The position numbers and the translations under genes are program-made. Of a DNA stretch of 64,000 bases, positions 54,101 to 62,440 are shown one piece after another. How positions within the stretch are numbered: position 1 is the first letter of the stretch; each line of letters starts with the position of its first letter. The DNA is taken from assembly GCA_040755855.1 (NCBI GenBank), contig JBFMAD010000004.1, forward strand, positions 32,001 through 96,000, given 5' to 3'. Source of the stretch: Planctomycetota bacterium (GTDB taxonomy: Bacteria; Planctomycetota; Brocadiia; JAADGH01). The notes below the pieces were generated by a model. It was not told where the DNA came from, searched no databases, and saw nothing but the letters and a program-made list of their open reading frames with translations.

Positions 54101-55552
54101 GCGTTCAGTTACCTCCTCACGCCTACCGATCCGCCGGCCATTGCGCTGAAGTGCGAGCGCATCCGTGTTGTGCCCGGCGAGACGGTCAAGGTCATGGGCA
54201 AGGAGTCACACGACTTCCGTATCCCATCCGACGCGAAGCCCGGCAGCCAGCTCTGGCAGCAGTTCGAGGGCGCATGGATTGACTTCACGGTCCTGCCCGT
54301 GGTGGATGCTGCGCTTACCTTGGACGATGCCTATCACCTGACGCTCACGAGCAATCTGGCCATGCAGGCGAAGGGTGTAGCCGTGCTGGACGAGAAGGAA
54401 CAACCTGTCGAGCTCGCATCCGGTAAGACGAAGACCATAACGTTCCCCTTCTCTCCTCCGGAGACGGAGTGCGTGAAGGAAATCAGGCTGAAAGTCACAC
54501 TTGGAGAATTCGCATTTGAGAAAAGCTGGTGGCTCAAATCCGAGGAGGCCGTGCGCGAGATCGCCGCACTGTCCGAACAGTTCAAGGCCGGCCAACGCCT
54601 GCGCAAAGGAGACGAAACGGACATTCTCCCCGACAACCGCGCGCAGGTGCGCAAACGCGGCGACATGGTTTGCGGCAACAAGAGCCAGAACGGGGTCTTC
54701 ATGCACCCGCCCTACATGGGCGGCGTGGGATATGCTTTTGTGTTGTTTGAACCGATCCGCCTGCCCGCCGAGCCGAAGGCCGTCTTCCGATGTCTCATCG
54801 GCAAGGCCGACGGCAGCGACCCCGGCGACGGTATCCTGTTTCGCGTGGCCGTTGTTGATGACGGCGGCAAGGAGACGATCATCGCCGAGCAGCAGTGGAT
54901 CAAGCACGCCTGGACGCCGCTCGTTGGCGACTTGTCGCCCTGGGCGGGGAAGACGATCCGCCTTAAGCTCATCACCGACGTCGGCCCCGACGATAATTCC
55001 TCCGGCGACTGGGCCTGCTGGGCGGGATTCAAGATCGAGACAAAGGAGCCTGTGTTGGTGACTACACTTCACGATAAGCCGGTCCGGTTGACCTATGAGC
55101 CGGGGCCTCACCCCGTTCCCGGCCTCACGCTCGATCAAATCCGCAAGGCCAAGCGGGGGTGGCTCCACTACGAGGAAATCGGACTCCAATGCAGTGGATC
55201 GTACATCTCCAAGGCCGAGATCAACGGCGTCGTGATCGGCAACCTGCCGAGCGGCGAGGGCGCCAGCGAGACAAAGAACGTCTGGAGCAAGGTCGCGTCC
55301 GTGGAGCTTCCGGTGCAGATCGTCCAGTCGCTCCAGGCGCGCAACGCGCTGAAGGTCCTGAACCCCGGCCAGGACTGGTTCAAGATTCGCGGCTTCTGGG
55401 TGGAGCTGGAACTAACCGACGGCCGGAAGTGCTCGTCGCGGATGTCCACGACGGTTTACACCCAGCCGCCCAACTGGCCCTATGCCGAAGGCGTCGGCGT
55501 GCCGCACGGCAGCCCGATCGAGAGTGAGATTGTGTTTGACGTCAAACCATAG
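51188..55552 (+). CDS. Large secreted multidomain protein, probable glycoside hydrolase with carbohydrate-binding modules
   Basis: Signal peptide and AAGGAG RBS. Central TIM-barrel-like region (Y.NYTD, AYCDVHT, YSEG) and a C-terminal NPCBM-like region (FMHPP, SSGDWACW). Confidence 0.6.
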   Translation: MRIALCLMALPCLFAAVRLVAEEKVGERPYEMVWANRTEDTHPPLVDFENLDGWKVEPKDAVAAITRTREEQLWGQYVAKLTYRGTSRKAEFTVRPPKPIPIPQPFDCINFWVYGNNWAWVQDAATPRVGIHILLQAKDGKEMQVYLGYVRWKEWWVMHTKLQPEQLAALKDGASFAGIRITNCFNSDDRVLYFDDLAFYQEVLKPLTFVPRPKRGIDLFPGQAPDVYTGEGRLPFPTREQTILPDNLTQDFKTDIAEEGKAYVFRHKGDDGELEYRYEPKTGTLGDVTARWGGWFGRRFQPMADGGVYFADGDKAVPPDRFDLLGCDQINDAVVALWRVGLDQRTMDVTYTLRLWQKSLVIDVQCFGGQAAEVLFGRAVGAENPRLVPVPYLVGEEHGGEKPRPAVLVMGPPSKPLFLTGLVDYYRTNSSKLIFLNKVKDSAATYNAGSQYIPKTDGKRNDCFERLFLTISPRFEEILPNIPNPKSPWMHVAGERLWIAHGASDRERDYKVWEEAARYGMTKVVITDHETGWRDGGESFTFRTKTAPKKGGDDSQKDYSKKLHALGYRYGIYNNYTDYSPTNEYWDEDMVNRLPNGDWQAAWARCYAPKPTRAVEYEAKLTPTIQDKFKLSTAYCDVHTAVTPWNRVDYDARTPGAGTMIAQFYPYGEIMLHQKRVWNGPVYSEGRNHYYYCGLTDGNYAQDPAYDPAKNPWLVDFDLLKMHPLCCNFGMGNIGMFYGREEGLGGSPEEQEHRLDRFLAATIAFGHTGFFVREGGWRNAARSYYLLQQLHKNYAEEAATDIRYADAKGDLLETSAAVATDAYKRSQVVTKYSNGLMVWVNGNETETWQTPNALLPPNGFYAKSGDGKLMVFSALKDGRRADYCESPAYTYVDGRGTFARFTTAVSDQAMIALKRSDGKVEVIPVGNPTTCGVSLNGKAATAVALDKERKELGPVETRLSRGLVYATPKEGAFSYLLTPTDPPAIALKCERIRVVPGETVKVMGKESHDFRIPSDAKPGSQLWQQFEGAWIDFTVLPVVDAALTLDDAYHLTLTSNLAMQAKGVAVLDEKEQPVELASGKTKTITFPFSPPETECVKEIRLKVTLGEFAFEKSWWLKSEEAVREIAALSEQFKAGQRLRKGDETDILPDNRAQVRKRGDMVCGNKSQNGVFMHPPYMGGVGYAFVLFEPIRLPAEPKAVFRCLIGKADGSDPGDGILFRVAVVDDGGKETIIAEQQWIKHAWTPLVGDLSPWAGKTIRLKLITDVGPDDNSSGDWACWAGFKIETKEPVLVTTLHDKPVRLTYEPGPHPVPGLTLDQIRKAKRGWLHYEEIGLQCSGSYISKAEINGVVIGNLPSGEGASETKNVWSKVASVELPVQIVQSLQARNALKVLNPGQDWFKIRGFWVELELTDGRKCSSRMSTTVYTQPPNWPYAEGVGVPHGSPIESEIVFDVKP

Positions 55553-55595
55553 GAAAATGGGGACAGACCCAACGACCGGTCTGTTCCCATTTTCC
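55552..55595. repeat. REP-like palindrome
   Basis: GGAAAATGGGGACAGACC-N8-GGTCTGTTCCCATTTTCC. Confidence 0.7.
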
Positions 55596-55618
55596 CCACT
55601 GCACGTGAGGAACCATGC

Positions 55619-57196
55619 ATGCGCCAAACAGGTAAGATCCAATGCGAGGACCTGGACGCCATCAAGGCGGAGGTCCTGAATACCATCGAGGGGGCGAGGA
55701 AGTCGCTCCCCGGATTCCGTTACGGCGATATCCGGATCGAGGTCGCCGAAGGCTCTTACGCCTGGGCCGAGAACGGCGACCCGAAGGCGAGCGGTCGGGA
55801 CTTCGGCCTCTCCCTCGGCGTCCGCGTCATCGCGGGTAACGGCATGGCGGCGTCGGGGCACGTCGGCATGGTCCTCGGTCCCGCCGACGTGCCAAACCTA
55901 TCGGCAATTGTCCGCGACGCCCTCGGCCACGCCCACGCCCGGGCGCGCGCCAATGCCGACCAGAAGAAGGCGGCCTTGCGGAAGTTTGCGATGGCCGGGA
56001 AGTGCCTGACCTCGATCGAGTTGGCCCCCATCGAAATCCACCGGCAGGACATCCTCGCCCTCTACCAGACCGATCCCCGTTCCATTGATCCGTCGGCGGC
56101 TACGCGGCTTGCGGTGGATGTCTCAAAGGCTGTGGCTGCCGTGAGCGACGCGGTGAAATACAACGTGATCGAGGCCGTCACCTACCTGGCGAGGTCCGTG
56201 TTCGCATCGAGCGAGGGGGCGCTCATTGACCGAGGCTATGCCCTGACGCAGGGCATAGCCTACATCGTCGGCGCAACCGAGAAAGGCCAGCAGGAGCACT
56301 ACGACTGCATCGGCCACCAGCGCGGGTGGGAGATTCTTGAGAAGGGGATCACCGAGGACCCACCGATGCTTCGCTCTCCCGGCCTCTGCGACTTCGCTGT
56401 CGCTCTCGCAAAGGAGACGGTGGAGCTGTGCGACGCCCCGCCCCTGCCGGAGAGCAAGAAGGAGGTGGTCGTCGTTACCGACCCGCACTACAACACGCTG
56501 CTCGTCCACGAGATCATCGGCCATCCGACGGAACTCGACCGGGCGTTCAAGTGGGAGACGGCCTACGCCGGGCGGACGTGGCTCTTCAACGATTTGGGCC
56601 ACAACCGCGTCGGCGAGCGGATCGCCTCGCCGCTCGTCTCGGCCTACTCCGACCCCGCCCTGCCAGGCTACGGCAACTATGAGTACGACGACGAAGGCGC
56701 CCCCGCCAAGCGGGTGATGCACATCGAGAAGGGCGTATTCAAGGGGTTCATGAACAGTCGCCAGACGGCGGCTATCATCGGCGCGGAGCCGAATGGGCAC
56801 TACAAGGCGACGGACGCATCGCTCGTCCCGCTCATCCGCATGTCGAGCACGGTCTTCGGCCCTGGGCGGACCCCGCCGGAGCAGTTGATCGGCGAGGTGG
56901 AGCGCGGCTATTACTTCACCAGTATGCGCATCCCATCCATCGCCGAGAGCCGCGAGAATTTCCGCATCACGGCGCGGAAGGTGCAGGAGATCAGGAACGG
57001 GAAGCTCGGCCAGGTCTATCGCGACGGCGGGATCATGTCCGATTCGAGGGACTTCCTGATGAATGTGGATGGGGTCGGGAACGACTTCCGGCTGTATCCC
57101 ATCGCCAACTGTGGCAAGGGCCAGCCGATGCAGACGAAGAAACTGGGCAACGGCGGGCCGACGCTTCGCAGCCGCGCCCGCGTGACAGGGAGATAG
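55619..57196 (+). CDS. tldD: TldD-family metalloprotease
   Basis: HEIIGHPTELDR zinc motif, YDDEG and NCGKGQP.Q. Confidence 0.88.
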   Translation: MRQTGKIQCEDLDAIKAEVLNTIEGARKSLPGFRYGDIRIEVAEGSYAWAENGDPKASGRDFGLSLGVRVIAGNGMAASGHVGMVLGPADVPNLSAIVRDALGHAHARARANADQKKAALRKFAMAGKCLTSIELAPIEIHRQDILALYQTDPRSIDPSAATRLAVDVSKAVAAVSDAVKYNVIEAVTYLARSVFASSEGALIDRGYALTQGIAYIVGATEKGQQEHYDCIGHQRGWEILEKGITEDPPMLRSPGLCDFAVALAKETVELCDAPPLPESKKEVVVVTDPHYNTLLVHEIIGHPTELDRAFKWETAYAGRTWLFNDLGHNRVGERIASPLVSAYSDPALPGYGNYEYDDEGAPAKRVMHIEKGVFKGFMNSRQTAAIIGAEPNGHYKATDASLVPLIRMSSTVFGPGRTPPEQLIGEVERGYYFTSMRIPSIAESRENFRITARKVQEIRNGKLGQVYRDGGIMSDSRDFLMNVDGVGNDFRLYPIANCGKGQPMQTKKLGNGGPTLRSRARVTGR

Positions 57197-57198
57197 AG

Positions 57199-58743
57199 AT
57201 GCAAGACTTGTCCAAACTCCAGGACGCGGCGGCCGCCGCGTTGAAATGGGTGCAATCACAGAAGGGCGTGCGGGAGGCCGAGGCCTTCGTCGCCGCAAAC
57301 GACAGCCTCCTCGCCCGCCTCGACTACACGTCGCACATCCCCTGCGAAGGGGTGCTGGAGCCGAAGTCTTGCGGGTCCTTCGGCGTCGGCCTGCGGGTCG
57401 TCTTCGGGAACGGCGGTCAGGCGCTCCTGGGCTTCGGCCAGGAGACGGGCGACCTCGGCAAGACGGCCGTCCGCTCGGCATTCGCCAAGGCGAAGGCCGG
57501 CGCCGTGGCCGATCCCACGTTCGAGTCGCTCCCGAAACCGACCGGCGAGAAACCGACGCTGTCGGACTACCACGACCCGGCGCTGATGGACCTACCCGAC
57601 GAGGACCTCGTCGCCCTGGGTTGGGAGGCCATGCAGGGGGCGATGGAGGAGTTCGAGAAGGGCGCGAAACGGCTCCGCAAAAGCCCGAAGGCCCTCGGCT
57701 TCCTCCTCGGCGGCGACGTGACTGTCCTCCAGGAGCGCATGGCCGTCGCCTCGACCCACATGCCTGATGTCCAAACCGATGAGACGACACTCATCATGGC
57801 CTCCTTCACCGCCATGGTCGAGGCGCGCAAGGCCAAGGGCACGGGCTGGCTGACTGGCGCAAAGCGATCCGACTTCACGAAGGATGTCGGGGCCGAGGCG
57901 GCGCGCAATGCCATCGCATCCGTAGGCGGACGGCGGGTGAAGTCGGGGAAATACAAGGTAGTCTTCGGCCCGCAGGCCGTGACCGACCTGCTGACGCACA
58001 TCATCCTGCCCTCCTTGAAACTTGGCAACCTGTATGCCTCAAGCTCCTGCTTCCTCGGCAAGCTGACGAAACAGGTGGCGGATAAGCACCTCTCCCTCTA
58101 CGACCACGGCGCGCTGCCCGGCCACATGGGGAGCAAGCGGATCACCTGCGAGGGCCTGCCCACGGGCCGGACCGATCTCATCCGCGACGGCGTCATGGTG
58201 GGGACGCTGGCAAACGACTACGAGTCGCGCCGGATCATGATGGATAAGCAGGCAAAGGAAAAACTTGGCGTCGCCCCGAAGAGCCACAAGGCCGCCTTCG
58301 TCCCGCGCAACGGCTTCCGGTTCCAGTCGGGAGGCGGGCGGGGCTTTGCCATGCCGCCGGGCACGGCGTGCACAAACGTCTTTCTGGAATCCAACCGGGC
58401 GAAGACGAGAGAGGCCCTTCTGAAGGAGGTCGGCGATGGGATTTACGTGGGCCGCATCTGGTACACCTATCCGGTCAACGGCCTGGCGGCGGGGGACTTC
58501 ACGACGACGTGCATCGCCGACAGCTACCTCATCGAGGACGGCAGGCTCGGCGCGCCGCTGCTGCCGAACGTGATTCGCATCAACGACAATGTGTCGAAGG
58601 TCCTCAATAACATCATCGGCGTCGGCGACACGCCGCGCGGCGTCATCGTCTGGGCGGCGGATGAGGTGGTGTACGTCCCCGACGTGGCCGTGGCGGATGT
58701 GAACGTGACGGCGATTGCGGATTTCCTGGCCGCGTCGAGCTGA
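57199..58743 (+). CDS. pmbA: TldE/PmbA-family protein
   Basis: It follows tldD and lacks HExxxH. G.Y.VVFGP.AV, EGLP and GDFT motifs. Confidence 0.8.
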   Translation: MQDLSKLQDAAAAALKWVQSQKGVREAEAFVAANDSLLARLDYTSHIPCEGVLEPKSCGSFGVGLRVVFGNGGQALLGFGQETGDLGKTAVRSAFAKAKAGAVADPTFESLPKPTGEKPTLSDYHDPALMDLPDEDLVALGWEAMQGAMEEFEKGAKRLRKSPKALGFLLGGDVTVLQERMAVASTHMPDVQTDETTLIMASFTAMVEARKAKGTGWLTGAKRSDFTKDVGAEAARNAIASVGGRRVKSGKYKVVFGPQAVTDLLTHIILPSLKLGNLYASSSCFLGKLTKQVADKHLSLYDHGALPGHMGSKRITCEGLPTGRTDLIRDGVMVGTLANDYESRRIMMDKQAKEKLGVAPKSHKAAFVPRNGFRFQSGGGRGFAMPPGTACTNVFLESNRAKTREALLKEVGDGIYVGRIWYTYPVNGLAAGDFTTTCIADSYLIEDGRLGAPLLPNVIRINDNVSKVLNNIIGVGDTPRGVIVWAADEVVYVPDVAVADVNVTAIADFLAASS

Positions 58744-58787
58744 TCCGGAAGCCCCTGGTCTGTTTTGTTTTACATTGGAGGAAAACC

Positions 58788-60173
58788 ATGCGCGTGATCT
58801 TCGTCATGTCGGATAGCTTTCGCTGGGACCATCTGGGCTACCTCGGCAACAAATGGATCCGCACGCCGAACCTCGACCGGCTCTCAAAGGAGTGCGCCGT
58901 CTTCGAGAACTCCGTCGCCGGCTCGTGGGCCACGGTGCCCAACCGCACCGACCTGCTCATAGGACAGTACGGCTTCCGCGAGCGGCCCTGGCAGCCGCTC
59001 AAGCCGGACGACATCACGCTTCCGATGGACCTCGCCGAGAGGGGCATCCGCTCCCAGCTCATCAGCGACACGGCCAACACCATCAGCCGCGAGTGCAACC
59101 TCTACCGCGGCTTCTCCGCCTGGTTCCACAACCGCGGCCAGGAGGGCGACCCGTGGTGCACGCGCACGGATGTGCCCCTCGATCTGAAGTGCCCCCTCGA
59201 AGGCGTGCGCTACCCAGCGGAGCGCTGGCACCAAATTCTAATGAACCGCGCCCACCGGCAGGTCGAGAGCGACTGGTTCGCGCCGGGCACATTCACCCTG
59301 GCCATCAACTGGCTCAAGCAGAATCGCAAGCTCGAAAAGTTCCTCCTGTGGATTGACACCTTCGACCCCCACGAACCATGGGACCCGCCCCAGCACTACA
59401 TTGACCTCTACGATCCCAATTACGAGGGCCGCGTCTTCGAGGCCCCGACCTACGGCATCCGCAAAAAGATCGGCATGACCGACCGCGAGCTAAAGCACAC
59501 CCGCGCCCGCTACGCCGGCGAGTGCACGATGGTGGACCACTGGGTCGGGCAGTTGGCCGTCACGATGGAGCAGCTTGGCATGTTGGACGATACCATGCTC
59601 ATCTTCACCGCCGACCACGGGCACTACCTCGACTACCCCGGCGACGGCGGGCTGATCGGCAAGCCCTCGGCCACCGGTCCCGAAGGCACATGGAAGGCGA
59701 GCAAGGACCCGAAGGAAAACACCTACCATCCCCTCTACCTGACCATGGCCCGCCAGCCCCTGCTCCTCCGCATGCCGGGGCGGAAGAAGGGCAAGCGGAT
59801 CACGGCCTTCGTCCAGCCGGCGGACATCATGCCGACGATCCTGGATTTCTTCGGCATGAAGAAGCCCGATCGCTGCCAGGGCGAGTCGCTCCTGCCGTTG
59901 ATCGCAGGGAAGAAGAAAACGATCCGGCCGTCGGCCTATTCCGGCCTGCACAAGCGGATGAGTCTCGTCACGAACAAGCGGTGGGCCTATTGCTGTTGGC
60001 TGGGCATGAGGCCCGCGGCGCTCTGGGACCGCAAGGCCGACCCGGACCAGAAGAAGGACGTGGCGAAGAAACATCCCGACGTCGTCAAGGAGATGCACAA
60101 GGAGCTGGCGACATTCCTCCGCTCCGTCGGCGCAGCGGAGGCGTACATCACCGCCCACGATCCACAAATGTAA
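58788..60173 (+). CDS. Sulfatase-like hydrolase with TxPxR signature
   Basis: DSFRWDHLG, TPNLDRL, TVPNR, FDPHEPWDPP, TADHG and DIMPTILD motifs. Confidence 0.85.
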   Translation: MRVIFVMSDSFRWDHLGYLGNKWIRTPNLDRLSKECAVFENSVAGSWATVPNRTDLLIGQYGFRERPWQPLKPDDITLPMDLAERGIRSQLISDTANTISRECNLYRGFSAWFHNRGQEGDPWCTRTDVPLDLKCPLEGVRYPAERWHQILMNRAHRQVESDWFAPGTFTLAINWLKQNRKLEKFLLWIDTFDPHEPWDPPQHYIDLYDPNYEGRVFEAPTYGIRKKIGMTDRELKHTRARYAGECTMVDHWVGQLAVTMEQLGMLDDTMLIFTADHGHYLDYPGDGGLIGKPSATGPEGTWKASKDPKENTYHPLYLTMARQPLLLRMPGRKKGKRITAFVQPADIMPTILDFFGMKKPDRCQGESLLPLIAGKKKTIRPSAYSGLHKRMSLVTNKRWAYCCWLGMRPAALWDRKADPDQKKDVAKKHPDVVKEMHKELATFLRSVGAAEAYITAHDPQM

Positions 60174-60206
60174 GGTGGCACCCGGCGAGAACAGGGGAGC
60201 ATTCCA

Positions 60207-61583
60207 ATGAATGTCGAAAAGGATCCGAGATCGCGCGAGTTCATCGAAGATTTCCAGGAGCCTGAACAAGATAGCTTGGACTTCAAAGCCCTGCCTCTGA
60301 AAGAAGACCTGCCCGTGATCGTCCGAAGACTTGTCAAGGACATTGCGGCAATGGCAAATTCGGGCGGCGGCTGGCTCGTAGTCGGGCGGAATCAGAAAGA
60401 GAAGAAGCTCCCCGGAGCACCCGAGTCGCTCGTTAAGGCAGACGACAGCGATATTCTTAACGGTGTTGGCAAATACCTCTCCGTGCCTCCGACTATCACC
60501 AAGATGTTGGTCGCGGCGACCGATCCTACGGAGGCGAAGGAAGTCGTTTGCGTCACACTCCATGTGGGAAGCTACAAAGAGTTTCCATGTGTCGTGTCGT
60601 CCGTTGTTGATGTCCCGGATGAGCAGAAGCCCGACAAGCAGAAAACCGAAGCCCGCCAAGGCGACGTCTTCATACGGGAGCACAAGGCAAGTGTGCGGGT
60701 AGATTCTGAGCAGAAGCTACGCCAACTTTTCCACCCCAGCATCGTCCGGCAGGCCAGAAACCTTGTTACCGAGGTCTTGGGTATTGTGGCCCCGGCCCCC
60801 TCCTCCTCCATTTTCCCACCCCCATCCCCACAACCTCATAGCGGAGCCAGTTCGGTTCCAGTAGCTCCGCAAGACCTGATAGAAAAGTGGCATGAGGAGT
60901 CGAAATTGCGGGTAAGGGTGCTGGAGCACTTTCGTGCGAATGACTGCTACTCTTACTTCTGGTTCCTGCCCGAAGATAAGGACAAGCACTCTAACCTGCG
61001 CTCACTGGATGACGCATGTGAAAAGGCCTGTCCCGGTTTGATCCCGTGCTATGGAGACCGGCACAGAACGCAGAATGGGATTCAGTGGGAGCTTTACAGC
61101 GCTTTTGGTTTCATCTTCCACGGCTTTGCCCGCTTGGAGGCAGACGGGAGGTTTTTCACCTGCGTCAGTGTTTTTGAAGATAACAATGGACGTCTGCTCC
61201 AGATTCACATTATGGACCACGTGGCACGATGCATAGGACTGGTGGCGAAGTTGGCCTCCGAACTCGGCCTCGGAGAGAAGGGAACAATCCGCGTGGATCT
61301 CGCCCCATGCACACAACGGGAACTCAATCCCAATATCCTGGTCGTGTTGCCACGGCAATACATATGCTATGATGAGAGCGTTTCCGAAGTTCGAGATATA
61401 CGGCTTCCTCGTAATGGCAATGAACACAAGCCTATCTGCGAAGATATTCTCTCCTCCCTTTTTGAGAATTTCCGCCTTGACGGATTCCGTTTGGACCCAG
61501 GAAAACCCTGGTGGAACGAATGGGCGAGGGTGGCTCAGGATGTTGTAGCCCAGCAAGGATTCTACACCTTGCGTGGCAATTGA
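60207..61583 (+). CDS. Schlafen/AlbA_2-domain protein
   Basis: EQDSLDFK...KDIAAMANSGGGWLVVG...FIR. GC is low. Confidence 0.78.
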   Translation: MNVEKDPRSREFIEDFQEPEQDSLDFKALPLKEDLPVIVRRLVKDIAAMANSGGGWLVVGRNQKEKKLPGAPESLVKADDSDILNGVGKYLSVPPTITKMLVAATDPTEAKEVVCVTLHVGSYKEFPCVVSSVVDVPDEQKPDKQKTEARQGDVFIREHKASVRVDSEQKLRQLFHPSIVRQARNLVTEVLGIVAPAPSSSIFPPPSPQPHSGASSVPVAPQDLIEKWHEESKLRVRVLEHFRANDCYSYFWFLPEDKDKHSNLRSLDDACEKACPGLIPCYGDRHRTQNGIQWELYSAFGFIFHGFARLEADGRFFTCVSVFEDNNGRLLQIHIMDHVARCIGLVAKLASELGLGEKGTIRVDLAPCTQRELNPNILVVLPRQYICYDESVSEVRDIRLPRNGNEHKPICEDILSSLFENFRLDGFRLDPGKPWWNEWARVAQDVVAQQGFYTLRGN

Positions 61584-61641
61584 GTCAAATGTCTGAGGGG
61601 CGATTCGCCCACAGTTGCTTCTTACGCAACGAGTCGCTCTT

Positions 61642-61674
61642 CAATCCGCATTCCGCAATCCCCAATCCGCAATC
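61642..61674 (+). repeat. Heptamer tandem repeat (AATCCGC)
   Basis: AATCCGC ATTCCGC AATCCCC AATCCGC AATC between convergent genes. Confidence 0.65.
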
Positions 61675-62122
61675 AGGGATATGTGATCTTCTTTTTCAGA
61701 TACGCCGCGACGTTGACATGCCCTTTGCGCAGGGCCCAGTCGAAGGCCGTGTCGCCGTCGCAGGTCCGGGCGTGCACGTCGGCCCCGCGGCTCACGAGAA
61801 ACTGCACGGCGGGATAGTAGCCCCGCGAGGCGGCGAAGTGCAGCGCCGTCCAGCCCTCCGGCGTGCGTGTGTTCACATCCGTGCCGATGTCGAGGACGAT
61901 TCGCATGACCGTGACGTATCCCCGCGCGGCGGCGTCGTGGATCGGCTTGTAGCCCTGGTGGTCCATCACGTTGACGTCCACCCCGGCTTGGACGAGGAGT
62001 TTCACCTGCTCCACATCGCCCCGGTAGGCGGCGTAGTGCAGGGGCGTCGCGCCGTGAACATCATCGCCGAAGACCGCCGGTGCGCACAGCAGGATCGCCA
62101 GGACGAAAATTGTCCATCTCAT
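61673..62122 (-). CDS. Secreted ankyrin-repeat protein
   Basis: Signal peptide plus GATPLHYAA, GYKPIHDAA and GWTALHFAA repeats. Confidence 0.88.
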   Translation of the reverse strand: MRWTIFVLAILLCAPAVFGDDVHGATPLHYAAYRGDVEQVKLLVQAGVDVNVMDHQGYKPIHDAAARGYVTVMRIVLDIGTDVNTRTPEGWTALHFAASRGYYPAVQFLVSRGADVHARTCDGDTAFDWALRKGHVNVAAYLKKKITYP

Positions 62123-62368
62123 GTCGCTCTTCCTCCAGGAATCACGTCTCTCTGACTGCATCAACTTTTCCACCAGTATACTCCGGAACGGGGATTCGTC
62201 AAGTGGTAATGGGACCTATTTTCGATTCCATCGGCAACAGATATGACACATATGCCAAATAATGATGCACCCGTTTGGCCACTGTCAGAAAGGGTTCTTT
62301 TCTTCTTTTGACCTCAAATTCCCCTGTGGCTTGCCCATTTGGGCCTCTTTACTGCCACATCGTCAGGA

Positions 62369-62385
62369 TTGGCACGCCCCTTGCA
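62369..62385 (+). promoter_or_regulatory. sigma54 promoter
   Basis: TTGGCACGCCCCTTGCA, 55 bp upstream of ATG 62441. Confidence 0.8.
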
Positions 62386-62440
62386 CATGTGCATAGCGCC
62401 CAGGATTCGACGACAGGCGCGTTTATAAGGGAGAGGCATC

